DNA of 64,000 nt from Cyanidioschyzon merolae. Lineage: Eukaryota. A program made the translations under genes and the position numbers. The stretch lies in assembly GCA_000091205.1 (NCBI GenBank), contig AP006488.2; one strand, 5' to 3'. Numbering within the stretch: position 1 is the first letter of the stretch; every line of letters starts with the position of its first letter. Positions 1 to 11,571 of this stretch are shown in pieces. Below the pieces are notes generated by a model. The model searched no databases and was not told the origin of the DNA. It worked only from the letters and a program-made list of their open reading frames with translations.

Positions 1-546
1 CAGGAAATCATTTATGAGTTTGAAAAGTACACCGGGTTAGCGCAGCAGGAGTACGACGACCAAACTGCACCCGGGAAAGATACAGACATATGCCAGGCGT
101 GGTTAGAGAACCGCTGCGAACGGGGCGACCTCTGCCAGTACCGCCACTCTAGAAGCAAGTCACTGATTGTCTGCAAACACTGGTTACGTGGACTATGCAA
201 AAAAGGTATAGAGTGCGAGTTTGTTCACCGTTTTGAGCTTGACAAGATGCCAGAGTGTTTCTTTTTCAGTCGCTACGGCGAGTGCACCAACGACGAGTGC
301 ATGTACCGCCACGTTGTTGCCGACTCCCGACGTATGGAGTGTCCTTTCTATGCCCGTGGTTTCTGCAAACATGGACCGCGGTGTCGTTACAAGCACGTGC
401 AGAAAGTAGCGTGTGCGAATTATTTGGGCGGTTTTTGTCCCAAGGGACCAGCGTGTCGCTTTGGACACGCCAAGTTTGAGATCGACCTGCAACAGGTGCT
501 GCACGAGGCGGAACGATTCGGTGATCGCAGTGTTTCCTGGCGCTAG
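1..546 (+). CDS. CPSF30/CPSF4-like CCCH zinc-finger protein (5'-partial; ORF enters window in frame 1, stop at 544-546)
   Basis: Frame-1 translation from nt 1 is open. It has five tandem C-x7-8-C-x5-C-x3-H fingers (e.g. CKHWLRGLCKKGIECEFVH, CFFFSRYGECTNDECMYRH, CPFYARGFCKHGPRCRYKH, CANYLGGFCPKGPACRFGH). Spacing and count are typical of the 30-kDa cleavage/polyadenylation factor. Confidence 0.7.
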   Translation, partial: QEIIYEFEKYTGLAQQEYDDQTAPGKDTDICQAWLENRCERGDLCQYRHSRSKSLIVCKHWLRGLCKKGIECEFVHRFELDKMPECFFFSRYGECTNDECMYRHVVADSRRMECPFYARGFCKHGPRCRYKHVQKVACANYLGGFCPKGPACRFGHAKFEIDLQQVLHEAERFGDRSVSWR

Positions 547-573
547 GCAGAAAAGTGCCGGGCGTGTGCGCAC

Positions 574-3036
574 TTACCGGTTCGTGTCGTCGGGGAGGTT
601 TTGGCGGCTCTTGTCGCCAGCACCGCCACCAGCACCAGTGCTGCCGCCTGGTGTCTCTGCAGCAGCGCCCATGCTGGGGCTCAGCGAGGTTGCGTTCATG
701 CCGCGCGGGGCACTCTTCCGCTCAGAACTGAGACCTGCGGCAGCTGCGGCTCGAGCGTCCGCAACCCCCAGACAAGTGCGCGCTACATTGTCCATCAAAC
801 GATGGAGTTCCGGAGCAAGCTGGATAAAGTCACTCTGCCAGAAGCCGTACTCGGGATTCCGTACCAGTTCGAGAAAGACCACGAGGAGGCCCCATGGATG
901 CGGTCTTGCTGCAAACAGGCGCTCAACAAGAACCCTGGCAATCAGTTCACGAATGCGAACGTGTCCGTGGCGAAACAGGTGCAGCAGCGACAGCGCAAAA
1001 AAGCTGGTATGCGCATTGGGGTAGCGAATCTGATTCGCCATCGCGCAAATGAGCAGGAAACGACCCTCGTCATCAAGCTCTTCTGCAAAATGCAGAAAGA
1101 CTGGAATAAAGCTTTCCATTGCCCGGGCCTGCACAGCGTACTGACCCACGTAGAGCACAGCGGCGTTCACAAGCGGCACCACATACCTGCCAAGTGGATC
1201 GTCAGCCCGCAAGCGCGCGGACAAGTTCAACATGAATCCAGTCGGGGCGCCCTGCTGCAGATATTCATCGAGCACCGCACGGAGTTCGCTTCGTCCCAAT
1301 ACTGAAGCTGGATTGGCGCTCAGACGTGGCACCGTATGTATCTTGGTTGCGCTTTCGATGGTCACCTCGGGGGAGAACGGGTCCGGCAGCCGCAACTTGG
1401 ACGGAAACGCACTCAACACCAGGTTTCGTAGCTGCACGCAATGCAGCGGTATGTAATCACAGAGAACCGGCGCCGATTCCACCAAAAGCTCTGGGAAATC
1501 ATGGAGGACTACTAAAAGAAGCCGCAACACACCACGATAAAAGAGGCGCACCGCTGATCTCAATGGCTGACCCTTGGGAACGGCGTTCAGAAAGGGTTGC
1601 AGAAACTCCAGCGCATCCACGAGTAGACGCTGAAAGGCAGGCCAACCGGCCCGTTGCCTACTCAGAAGCATCCTTGGCATTAGCAGCGGACACGAGACCA
1701 GTTCTAGCCACGAAAAAGCGAAGACTGGTGCGACAGCCGGCCGGATGGCGTGCAGCGCAACGCCAAACAAGGACAAAATCTGCGGGCTCGACATGCTCAA
1801 GTCCGGCGTCGAGCTGGCCGGGCCTTCGCTGCCCGCGACTTCGTTGCTAGCAGGGCGGTCATCGTCGGAAGCGTCTTTCGAGTATCGTTCGCGGTCGGTA
1901 TCGTGCAGCGCCCGAGCCAAACTGCGCAAAAACCAGGCAGGAGGTCGTGGGTCCCCAGCATTCCGTAGCAACTGCTGTACTGCCTCCTGCAGCGCAGCCT
2001 GCAGCAGCACCATCCGCTCCGAAAGATCAAGGCCGGGCACTTCGCGAACAAGTGCAACAACGAGAAGCGCTGCCTCATCGACAGCGGATGGTAGCACTTG
2101 ATGTCCGGGTTCCAGCGCGTAAGCAACGACCGCCGGTACCAGCGCATCTAGCTGGAAACGACTCAGTAAAGGAAGCAGCTCACTCAAGGAACTGCCCGAA
2201 TTGCGGATATGCTGCCAGGCGTCCATGAGATGCGCGATTTGTTCCCGTTCGGAGGTATTGCTCACGGCACCTGCGGTGCCGCATTTCTGCATCATCAATG
2301 GGGACGCCTGGAGCGACGTCCCTGGAACAGGCACGCCAGCAAGCGGCGGTGCTGGAGGCAGCATACCAGCCGCACCCGCACCCGCACCCGCCATCTCCAT
2401 AGGCGCAAGCGACGGCGCTGCCGCTGCACTACTACCACCGCCACCAGCACCGCCACCAGCGTTGCTAATGCCTCCAGCATAGGCTGGCCCGGGTGTCTGC
2501 GGAGCTGCTGCATCCAGCAGCCGCGAGTGCAGCACGTCAAAACCGCCCCGCTGCAGTGCGTGCAGGATATCGGGTGTGAGCTCGACGCCAACGCCCAGTG
2601 GATGATCCGCGTCCACGTTCGTGTTGTTGCCCTTCGCGCTCAGGGCTGCACACCAGGAAGCTACATCCGCATGGATTCGTGGCGCCGGATCGCTGAGTAG
2701 TTTGAGCAAAACAACGTGCGTTTCTACAAGGAGACGCACGCGCGCGTCAAGCAGCCACCGAAACACTTTCATCGCCAGCGATACACACAGCCGCTCCATA
2801 TCGCCAAACCGTCGCACCAGCGCAGCGATTTGCTGAAGAACGCGTTTCGTGCCGCCAGCCGCCGAGAGCGTCATCTCCGGATTGGCTTGCAGCTCCGCGT
2901 TCGCCACATTCATCAGCAGCGCGTAGGCCTGCATGAAGCGCTCTTCAGCGCTCACCATGCGCATCAGGGCATCAGGCGATTCCGTGAGGCCCCCCGGAGT
3001 CGACACCGCAGACGCTACTGCTGCTGGCGGTGGTGG

Positions 3037-3075
<39 letters not shown>

Positions 3076-6000
3076 GCCACTGGGGAAGCGCTGCGCAGCT
3101 GCTGGTCCGGCGCCTGTTGCATCTGTCGTCGCAACCGCTATGGGTATCGCCGAAGAGGTCACTGCAGTCGCCACTCCGCCAACACCCATTGGAGCGCTCG
3201 TCGATTGCCCCGCTACAGAGAGCGGCGCTACCGATGGAGGAGCAGAAGCAAACGCCGACGGATACCCAGTGGTCTTCACCACGTGATTCTCCATCGCTCC
3301 ATAATTCCACAGTGCCGTTGCCCGCATAGAGAATGCCTCATAGACGCTAGCCGGTGGTTGCAACAGCGGTATCGGCGGTTGTTGCATCACAGACACGAGT
3401 GACGGAGGCAGCTGCGGCATCCGCCGATGCGAACTCATTGCTGCAACCAGCATGTTGGCATCCAGCTCGCGTGTCGCCCGCTCCGCTGCAGCACGTTCAA
3501 TAATCGCACAAGCGGTATCCAGATTCTCCGCGACAATGCCCTGCACTGCTTGTTCGACGATCGTCTGATCACCACCGATATTAGAAAAAACTGATCTTAA
3601 ATGCCCTATCATGGAAATACGCAAGGGATCCTTGCACGTGATGTGCGCCAGGCCGCTGGCTAACGCCTGTGCCATGCGCTGCCCAGCCATGAGCGCTAGC
3701 TCTCCATCTGCTTGACTAAAGTCCTTGGCGACGAGCTCCCGTGTTGTTACCAGGGCGATGAGTGCGGAACGCTCGGTCACTGGTTGAATAAATTCGCGGA
3801 TTGCTCGATCAATAGCAACTGCTACAATTCTCTTGAGTACAGATGGATTCTGGAACAACTCGGGGTGTTCATTCACACTGATGTACTGGGAGAGGTTGGG
3901 AATCACGGTCACGCCGTCGGCAATCGCTGCGGTTTGTGCTGCAAGCTGGGCAGCTCTTGCAGCCGCCAGCGGAGGCGCCGTGGTCGCCAAGTGCAACGAG
4001 GAGCGCAGTGCGCCCAGATCGAAACTCGAACGATCGTCGGAGCGGTCGGCTCGTGTTGCGCTCGCGAGTGCTCCAGCCGGCGTCGAGGCTAGAGCTGCTG
4101 TTGCTGCACCTGCACCTGCACCTGCACCTGCTGCTGCTGTTGCTGCACCAGGCGGCCGTTCCGTACCGGTTGTCGCCAAGCCCGGTGTTGCCGCTGTCGG
4201 TAACGTCGATGGTGTCGCGCTGTGCGGCGTGAGCATCTCTCGACGTGAACTCGGACTCGCCAAGAGGTCGCTACCCTCTTTGAATGTGAAATCGGGGTTC
4301 TCACGACCCACGGGGCGGCTGCGAGAAGCGAGCAGGTGCGTGGGTTTCACGCTGTGGAGATCGATCTCCACGTTCTTGCACAGCACCTCGACCTCGAACT
4401 TCAAATTCAGTTTCAGATCGGAAAGCTCGTAGATCTCGCGAAGCAGTCCAAAGATGGCGGCGATCCAGGGGTTCGGCAAGCGGAAGATGCGCGACACTCG
4501 ACATGCGTCCAGTATCTTGCAAACAAATGGGATAACGGCAATGAGCAGCCCGGTGGTGTACGCCTGCAAGATAAGCGCTTTGAGGTCCAGATCGCGGCGA
4601 AGAATAGGTCGATTCCGAGCCAGCGTGAGCGAACCGATCCACATCCCGATGTTTTTGAGCACAGAGCGCTCCGCGGTACTGTAGCGGATCTTTTCCGAGT
4701 TCAGCAGAATGCGCACATTATCGTACGATTTGCGGAGAACCAGTGGTATCAGATGGGGTGCATGCTCCAGGAACATGACGTAGGTAGCCTGGAAGTTTGG
4801 CTCGATGGATGCGCGCTTCACCACAATGTACTGTGCAAGATAATCCCAGTACTCCTCGTGAACAATCTCGAAACATTCGCGCACCTTGCTGTCCATGTTC
4901 TCCGGAGAGAGGTTATTGAAAATAAAGTGCACCTTATCCTGAATTGATGTATCAGGAACGCTCATAGGTCGCTGCTCATCGCGCGATGCCCGCAGCAGTA
5001 CCTCTAAGGTGGTCGGTGTCGAGAGACCGAATGCAGCTACGGCACTCGAGGGTGACGCTGATGTCGAAGCACGCTCCGCAGCACCCATAATGTTTTTGTG
5101 CATATCCTGCATTCCTGCGCCGGCTACTGTTTCACCGCGAACTCTTGGGGAAGCACGCTCGGCGCTGGCGCTCGTCGACTTGGCGTCAGCGCCTGTGCTG
5201 AGCTCAACTGCCACTGGTTTCTTCGCGCCGCTGCGGAAAGCATCGGATTCATCTGGTGCCTCTCCGTGGAATGCCTCGTGGCCTTCGGCGCCCTCTACGA
5301 TCGCCAAGACCGATTGGAAAAACTCAGGAGCTGTTTGGCGCAGGTGTGGCATCTGAACGATGTATCTGGCGTATTGGGGCCACTCCGCAAGGCGATGCTG
5401 AAAAGTTCCCAGCGCCATGAGACCAAACTGGAACATCTTATTCGGCGGCGACTTTCGCAGTGATTCCAAAAGATACCGCATGATCAGCGTGAACATCAGG
5501 GAGTGTGGAACCACGATCTCATTTTTGATGAGCGCACCAAAAAGTTCCGCTGTTATGCGGAGCTCTCGATCCGGGTACCGACTGAAAAACCGATACTCAT
5601 CGAGCAGATTGTGAATGATGCAGCGCACCAGCATATCATCCGATTCGGTGTGTGAATTTTGAAGCTCCTGGAGCTCAGTTATCGCTTGCGCTATGGACGT
5701 TTTCTCCGCATAGATGCGTTGGAAAAACTGATTCGCTCGCTCCTCGATCTCTGGTGGAAAAGCATCCTGGCTATCTCCCTCTTTTGCCGAAGTTCGACAA
5801 AGCTGATCGAGCTCTTCGCGCATGCGCTCGTCCACGAGGCCGACGTTCTCTGTCAACACCTTGAGCATCGTAGCCGTAGCCTCAAGCGAAAAGAGCGCAG
5901 CTGCATCTCCCTGTGCCGCCCGCTCGCTCAGATAATTGAGGCATGCCCCAAAAAACTCTGATCCGTGATCATGGAGACGATCGCGTAGCCACTTGCGGAG

Positions 6001-7215
6001 ATTGATGTATTCTCGCCGTGAAGCCAGCAACGCCAGATCGATCGCGAACTCGTAAGGACGCACCACTGCCAATGTTTCAGGTACAGCCTTGAGGTCTTGA
6101 GCGACATCCAGGAGACGAGCAGCGGCTGCCCTGTCTTTCTGCCAACAGTGCATGGCTGCACGTATGAGCGCAGCTCGATCATGTTGCCACACGCGGCGAG
6201 CGACTGCCGCTGAATTTGGGTTCGTGCCTCCCATCAGAAAAGACGGAAGCAGCACGTCCAGTGCATGCTCCCGCAGCGCAGCACCGCCCATTGAGGTTGG
6301 CTTCGGCGTCTCCGCTAGAGCACATGCCAACACCTCGGGCGCCTCCTGAATGCCTTGCTCGAGGGCTGCCTGCGCCTTTGGACGCAGCGCTGTGTCACCG
6401 AAGCTCAGCAGGTATTCGAGGATCTGTACCACACCCCAGCGCCAGTACGCGTCATGCTCCTGAATAAGCTTCACCGTCGACTGATGAAGACCCTCGATCG
6501 GCGCAATTGGACACAGCCGATTCTCCAATGAAGAATCCGGTGTACAGGTGGGAAAGCTCAGCCGTTGTTCGCAGAGACCCCAGCACAAGAGCGATATGTG
6601 CGCTTCGACATTCGCATAGGATCGTTCCACCAAGACACAGGCTGGGATACCCGGTTGACCCGTAACTGTGACGTATACAGCATCAAGCAACTCAAGTTGT
6701 GTGTTCTCGGTTAAGATGATGACTTCATCCTCATCCTCGAGTAAACAGCGCAACACAGAATCAAAGTCTTCACGAATCGAAGCTGGAACCAACGAAGACA
6801 GCTCCGCTAGCGTGAACACAACGCATGCTTGACTGTCCTCCCAGTCAAACTTGCGCTCCGAAGCCGACGGTTCGTCGCCAGCAGCGACCTCCCCGGGACC
6901 TCGTCTTCCGGGAGCGTCGTTGGAGGCGCGCGCCTGTTCCCATAGAAGCGCGCACGCACTCAGCGGTAGTCGAAACCGATCCTCTGCTGTGAAACGGCGT
7001 CCAGAACGACATCCGCTTCGATTCCCGGTGACAATACCCGAAGCCTCGAGCCGCGGCATTCGTCCCGTGTCCTCATCAGAAGGTTCAGCGAGCTGCAAAA
7101 GCACCCGCAGGAACCGAGCAAACCACTTGAGGTCAACATCTGCCAGGAGCGGCCACAGCTCACCTAAACCTATTTGTCGTGTCGTACTCGAGTCCCCAAA
7201 GTTCATACCGTTCAA
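574..7215 (-). CDS. CNOT1: CCR4-NOT complex scaffold subunit 1 (CNOT1/Not1), 2213 aa, single exon
   Basis: The C-terminal Not1 domain is highly conserved (…FRHGHVRIRELIARVLVERLFAARPHPWGLLVVFLELVRNPEYGFW…). The central region has LKFEVEVLCKNVEIDLHSVKP and IAAIFGLLREIYEL, as in the CNOT1 MIF4G/CAF1-binding region. Size and poly-Ala/Ser linkers are consistent. Confidence 0.9.
3030..3072. repeat. (GCT)14 triplet repeat encoding poly-Ala inside CNOT1
   Basis: Perfect GCT run. The minus-strand frame reads AAAAAAAAAAAAAA. Confidence 0.9.
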
Positions 7216-9484
7216 ACTAACCGAACAGCGTTATACTTTCCTGCTTGAAACTTTCATTTCCTTGGAAACTGAGAGAGCGCGGTCATCCACGAAGAGCGGA
7301 TAGCGCGCGATGGGTTCCGCGTCATGCGCATGCGCGCTGCCCCGACGACACGCAGAGCGACCCGCGATGCCATGCCGATCAATCTGCGTCTCGGTGCCAC
7401 GTCTGTCCTGTCCAGCAATGTACAGAAGTGTAACAATATATAATTTCATCCCTTCATAGGTAGAAAAGAATCATCGTAGGATAGTTTCGTGCAAGGTCGA
7501 TGATTGAGCAGAGTCGACCTGCGCGTCGATCGTGGACGCATCGCGATCGATCTGCCCGCGAGGCTCGCAGGCGCTCGGCACACGCAAGACACTTGAATTG
7601 CGAGTGGGTACACCATCAGCGTACGCCAGCTTCTTCAAGCGAGGTTCATCGTGAGCGACCAGGGGCGCGTCTTGTGCATGCGCATGGACAGCATGGTCAC
7701 GAGCTATGCGCCGTTGAGTGAGTTTGCCTGCATCCGCTACCGTCGGTGCACATCGAGCTCACGTGAGACAGCGCGTGCATGACATCTGCAAATGCGATAC
7801 ACACGAACGGAGTACGCTTCTGTGCGGCACGTGCGCTAGAAGTGGACGCGCGGCCTTGTAGCAGCTCGATTCGCTTCGTGGCGAGGACGAGGCTTCTGTG
7901 AGTACAGAGCCATGGTGACTTGACGACGATTGCTGTTAGAGTTTGATTCGAACGGGAGATAAAACCCCATCTATATCTGAGGTTACGAACGGCATTCAGC
8001 TTGTTCGCCAGGGTATCTTATCAAATTCGAAAAATTTCTTTGTATGGTTTCGCCAGAGTATCGTAGTATGCTGAACCGTTCCATCTGTTCATGCCGTTCG
8101 ATTCGTGGTTGAACTCTTGTCGTACATTCATGGAGTCGATATTCGAAGTCGAGCACGAAATGCTCAGTTATGCATACGGAATTTCATGATTCTCGGCTTT
8201 CTTTTCGCCGTGGCTCCTTCGACTCTCTGTCGATGGAATTCTTTGCGCCACCGCAGTCAAAATGATTCTCAAGGCCCGAAAACAATGGTTTATTACATAA
8301 CGAATACCGTTATCCCGTTCCTGGATACGCGTCGCCGTGCTTCTCTCTTCCTTACATGCAACATGCTCAAATCGCGCATTCTTCAGATTTTCGAAACTTC
8401 CATTTCAAGGCAAATGATGGATGCAGCGATTCGCACACCACGATGGATGAAGGAAAGATATCGATCTCGTCGCTTGGCGACCTGTCCGCACGCTCATATC
8501 AAATCTACTGACCTTGTCAGGTCAAAAAATGAATTCATATGGAAGGACAAATTCCAATGTGTTTGTGGCTGTCAACTATACGGCATTCCACACCAGCATC
8601 ATCCATCTCACGGAAAATGCTTGCAGACGCTCCCGTCTTGTCTGTGTGCGTGGAGGAGGGCCACGGCCTCGGATTTGAGTCACCATTGCGATCGTATGAA
8701 ATGGAGAATGTGTCATAGGTTTACCCGAAGCGAGAAACGTCGGGTCGAAGTCGCGCGAACTCTCCTGCAGACTGGATTTTCCTTACTGCACTTGTATCAT
8801 TATAGACAGCATCAGGTTCGAAAAATCCTCCACCGAATGAAACATCGTGCGCTTGCACGCACAGCAGGTGACCTACTGGCCTGGGGGATCGCCCAGAGCA
8901 TGCTGGAAATCGTAGTGAGCTGCCCAGCGCGCGCAAACGGAATAGGGCATAAAAGCGAGCCCCCTGTCTCCGTCAAAGGGATGTACACGGCGATGAGGCA
9001 AGCATTCACGCAGCACAGGGCAGCACCTGGACGATGAATCGTGGTGGACACATACGGGAACACCTGACCACAGCCGTATGGCAGCGTTGGAAATGCAGCA
9101 TCCCGACGTTATGCAAGGAATCTGATAATGGCAAGCGATGTATGGATTACAACTCTCGCATGTGCACATCCGCCGACCACAACAGCCGACAACATCGAAA
9201 TTCGAAGTTTTTAACGCTACGATCACCATTCTTTGACTGCTGACAACTCATCCGGGTGCAACGGAGTCACTAGCATATTCGAATCCATAGATAAAAGAGA
9301 AAAATTGAACCAGTTGCCGAAAAACCCGCAAAGACTGGTTCTGATGACAGTAGTACGTGACCCGCAGGTTAGTGTTCATGCGCAAGGTTCAAAGCCTATT
9401 TCCGACATATTCAGAAAAAAGTTTCCCAGAAATCGTTGATCAATCAAAAAATGCCCCATGACTATCGATCGTAAACGTATACCC

Positions 9485-9900
9485 ACTCACAGGTCCCTCC
9501 TGGCCTTTGTCGACGAGCCATCTGCCATTGGCTTCAGCTTTTTCTTGTACACTATGAGTCTGAGAGGCTGCGCTACGAAGTTCGCTTGCCTCATCTCCGC
9601 GGTTGTCGTCGTCAGCACCGCGCATCGTCTGGTATTGATTGCGGCATTGACGTATCGATTCTGGAACTCCCTGCGTGCATTGCAGTCGGCTGGACGCACC
9701 AGTCCAAAGATTACTAAAACTGGTCCACTCAGTGTCGATTTCTTCCCGCCATCGTCCCGTCGGTCGTAAACATTTTTGTCGTCCAATTCCCAGTTTCTTC
9801 TTCTTCCTCGTTACTTGCACTTCTCCATTCTTTGATATGGAAAAAGAGGATTTCTTTCGTGTTTTTCCGGCAGTCGGTGACATCGGCCCTCCGGGAACCT
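9485..9900 (-). mobile_element. Truncated Fanzor/TnpB-like element fragment (3' part with RuvC-III motif), copy C
   Basis: The minus-strand ORF 9487..9786 encodes …NRYVNAAINTRRCAVL…ANFVAQPLRLIVYKKKLKP. It is collinear with the C-terminus of the 34499..35365 ORF (NRDFNAAINVRRCAVL…VNFVGQPLKVELYEKKLEA). Nucleotide homology to copies A and B ends abruptly at ~9485. Confidence 0.55.
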
Positions 9901-10177
9901 CGATTCCCTTATCCGCAATGTTCTTTATTTTTTATTTCTGAAAAAGAGCGTAATTTGAACGCGTCTGCTATAAACCGCGAAAACACGTTTCATGACACGC
10001 ACCTGGCGATTGAACCCAACTGAGGTAAAAGACGATGCTTTGCGGTGGCGTCAACGTCGATACCTCTCGTACGTTAGAGCTTCATGCAAATGATAAGAAA
10101 CGTGTTTCCCTTCAACGCCAAGACGCATATCGTGTTTCATGCCTTCCAGATGTGGAGCTGCACGTATCTGTCGCGCT

Positions 10178-10900
10178 ACAGAAAAGGAACAGAAACGACC
10201 CATTAACTAGCATCTGGATAAAATTTCATTTCCCTCGCTATGGTAACCGTTGAACGAGAGAAAATCTTTCCATATTGCCGAGAGTTCAGCTTACAGGCAA
10301 AGGGTCCTGCGAGCCGAACGAGTCTCCCAGGCTCGTGGTTCATGTCCCTCTCTCTCAGTGGCAGGTGCTTCAATGCGATCTGAGCAACTCGTCTGCAACG
10401 CAATTCATTCTGGGACTGGGAGCGGGTATGCTCCGTCTAGGTGTCGCCCTGCTTTGCGGGAGTGTCCTAGCACACCGCTTCGCGCTGTCGCAGGAAGTAG
10501 GTCCGTTAGCGCAGCTTGCAGGCTCCCGGAATTATTATATACGCCATTCCCGTGTTACGCGAACCACGCCTCGAGCCGACGTCCGCTGTCGTATGGCAAC
10601 GCCGTTCTATCTGCGTGCTGCATCAGTACCAGAGGTGGGAGCGCAATGCCGGATGTTCACGGCGTGCATTCGGCGCACAATAGAACGTCTGAAGCGACCA
10701 GTATATATCCGGGAACAGGTCATGGAACTTGGAGGTAGGGTGCAGCATGATACACGCTTTGCTGAAAGCCATTATCCATCTTGCAGTCTGGGATCCATGG
10801 TCCATGGAAACGTTTCGTCATCGAAGAAAACGGCGCCGCCAGCGACGCTTCCGAACGAAGCACCCATAACGTTCCTCAATTTTCCAATAAAGTCCATAAA
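10178..10900 (+). repeat. ~730-bp interspersed repeat 'R', copy 1 (non-coding; paired with copy at 31983-32720)
   Basis: Collinear 65-75% nucleotide identity with 31983-32720. Shared blocks include gaaaaggaacagaaacgacc…aactagca, attctgggact, ggtgtcgccct, cgcttygcgctgtcgc, gtatggcaacgccgttct, gcagcatgat…gctttygctgaa, ggatccat. Confidence 0.6.
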
Positions 10901-11571
10901 AATCCGATATCGTCTATACCCAATCATCCAAAGCGCCACCATCGTGCAGTGCGCGGGAAAGCGAGTCCCAAAGTGCATGTGCCGGCGGGTGCTGGCCTCC
11001 GATCTGTTCGTGTGCGTGCGGTGCGCCTCCGCAGCAGCACACCATGCAAGGCGGTGCCATCGAGTGTCCAATTTCGGCACCGGGCGGTGTCGTGTTCACC
11101 ATTTCGCGCGCCGTGCGTGTCGTGCAGTCGACTTCCGTACGACAGACGCTGCCTGACGAAACATACTGCACACGCACGATTTCGGTGACTGTCTGTCCTC
11201 CACGCGGTATTGCGTGGAATCGATGCCTAGATCTCCAGGGGTGTGCGTCGAGGAGCAGAGGACCGGAACCTACCCGGTGACTTTGAGTGCGTTGGACTGC
11301 GTGCTGCTAGGTGCACATTTCGCTGAAGAGGAGCGTAGACGGGCGCTGCGTTCCGCGGTTGGAGAGCTTGAGACCAGTCTTGCGCCGTGAGGCGAGTTGG
11401 TCTCTATCTGGGTAGAAGAGACTCTGGGGCGTGAGCTTTTAAGGGGAAGCTCTACGAAGGTGGCGCGCACTTGTGCGGAACGAGCGCATGCGCGACTTGA
11501 AGCAGTCTCGCTGAACTGGGTCTCAACGACAACGATAGCTCTTTGTTTATCAGTTGTTGTGATTTGGAAGA

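Noticed and set aside
601-7163. Numerous 60-230-aa ORFs on the plus strand inside CNOT1 (e.g. 601..1305, 2716..3402, 3833..4432) and similar antisense ORFs inside Symplekin, EDC4, Sec23.
   Set aside because: These are antisense or out-of-frame to strongly conserved long ORFs. High GC inflates random ORF length. The proteins are low-complexity and unrecognisable.
8105-9037. 310-aa ORF in the first gene-poor island.
   Set aside because: No recognisable domains. The composition is atypical (lower GC, Cys/His/Arg-rich without motif spacing). It lies in transposon-debris context. Insufficient support to call a gene.
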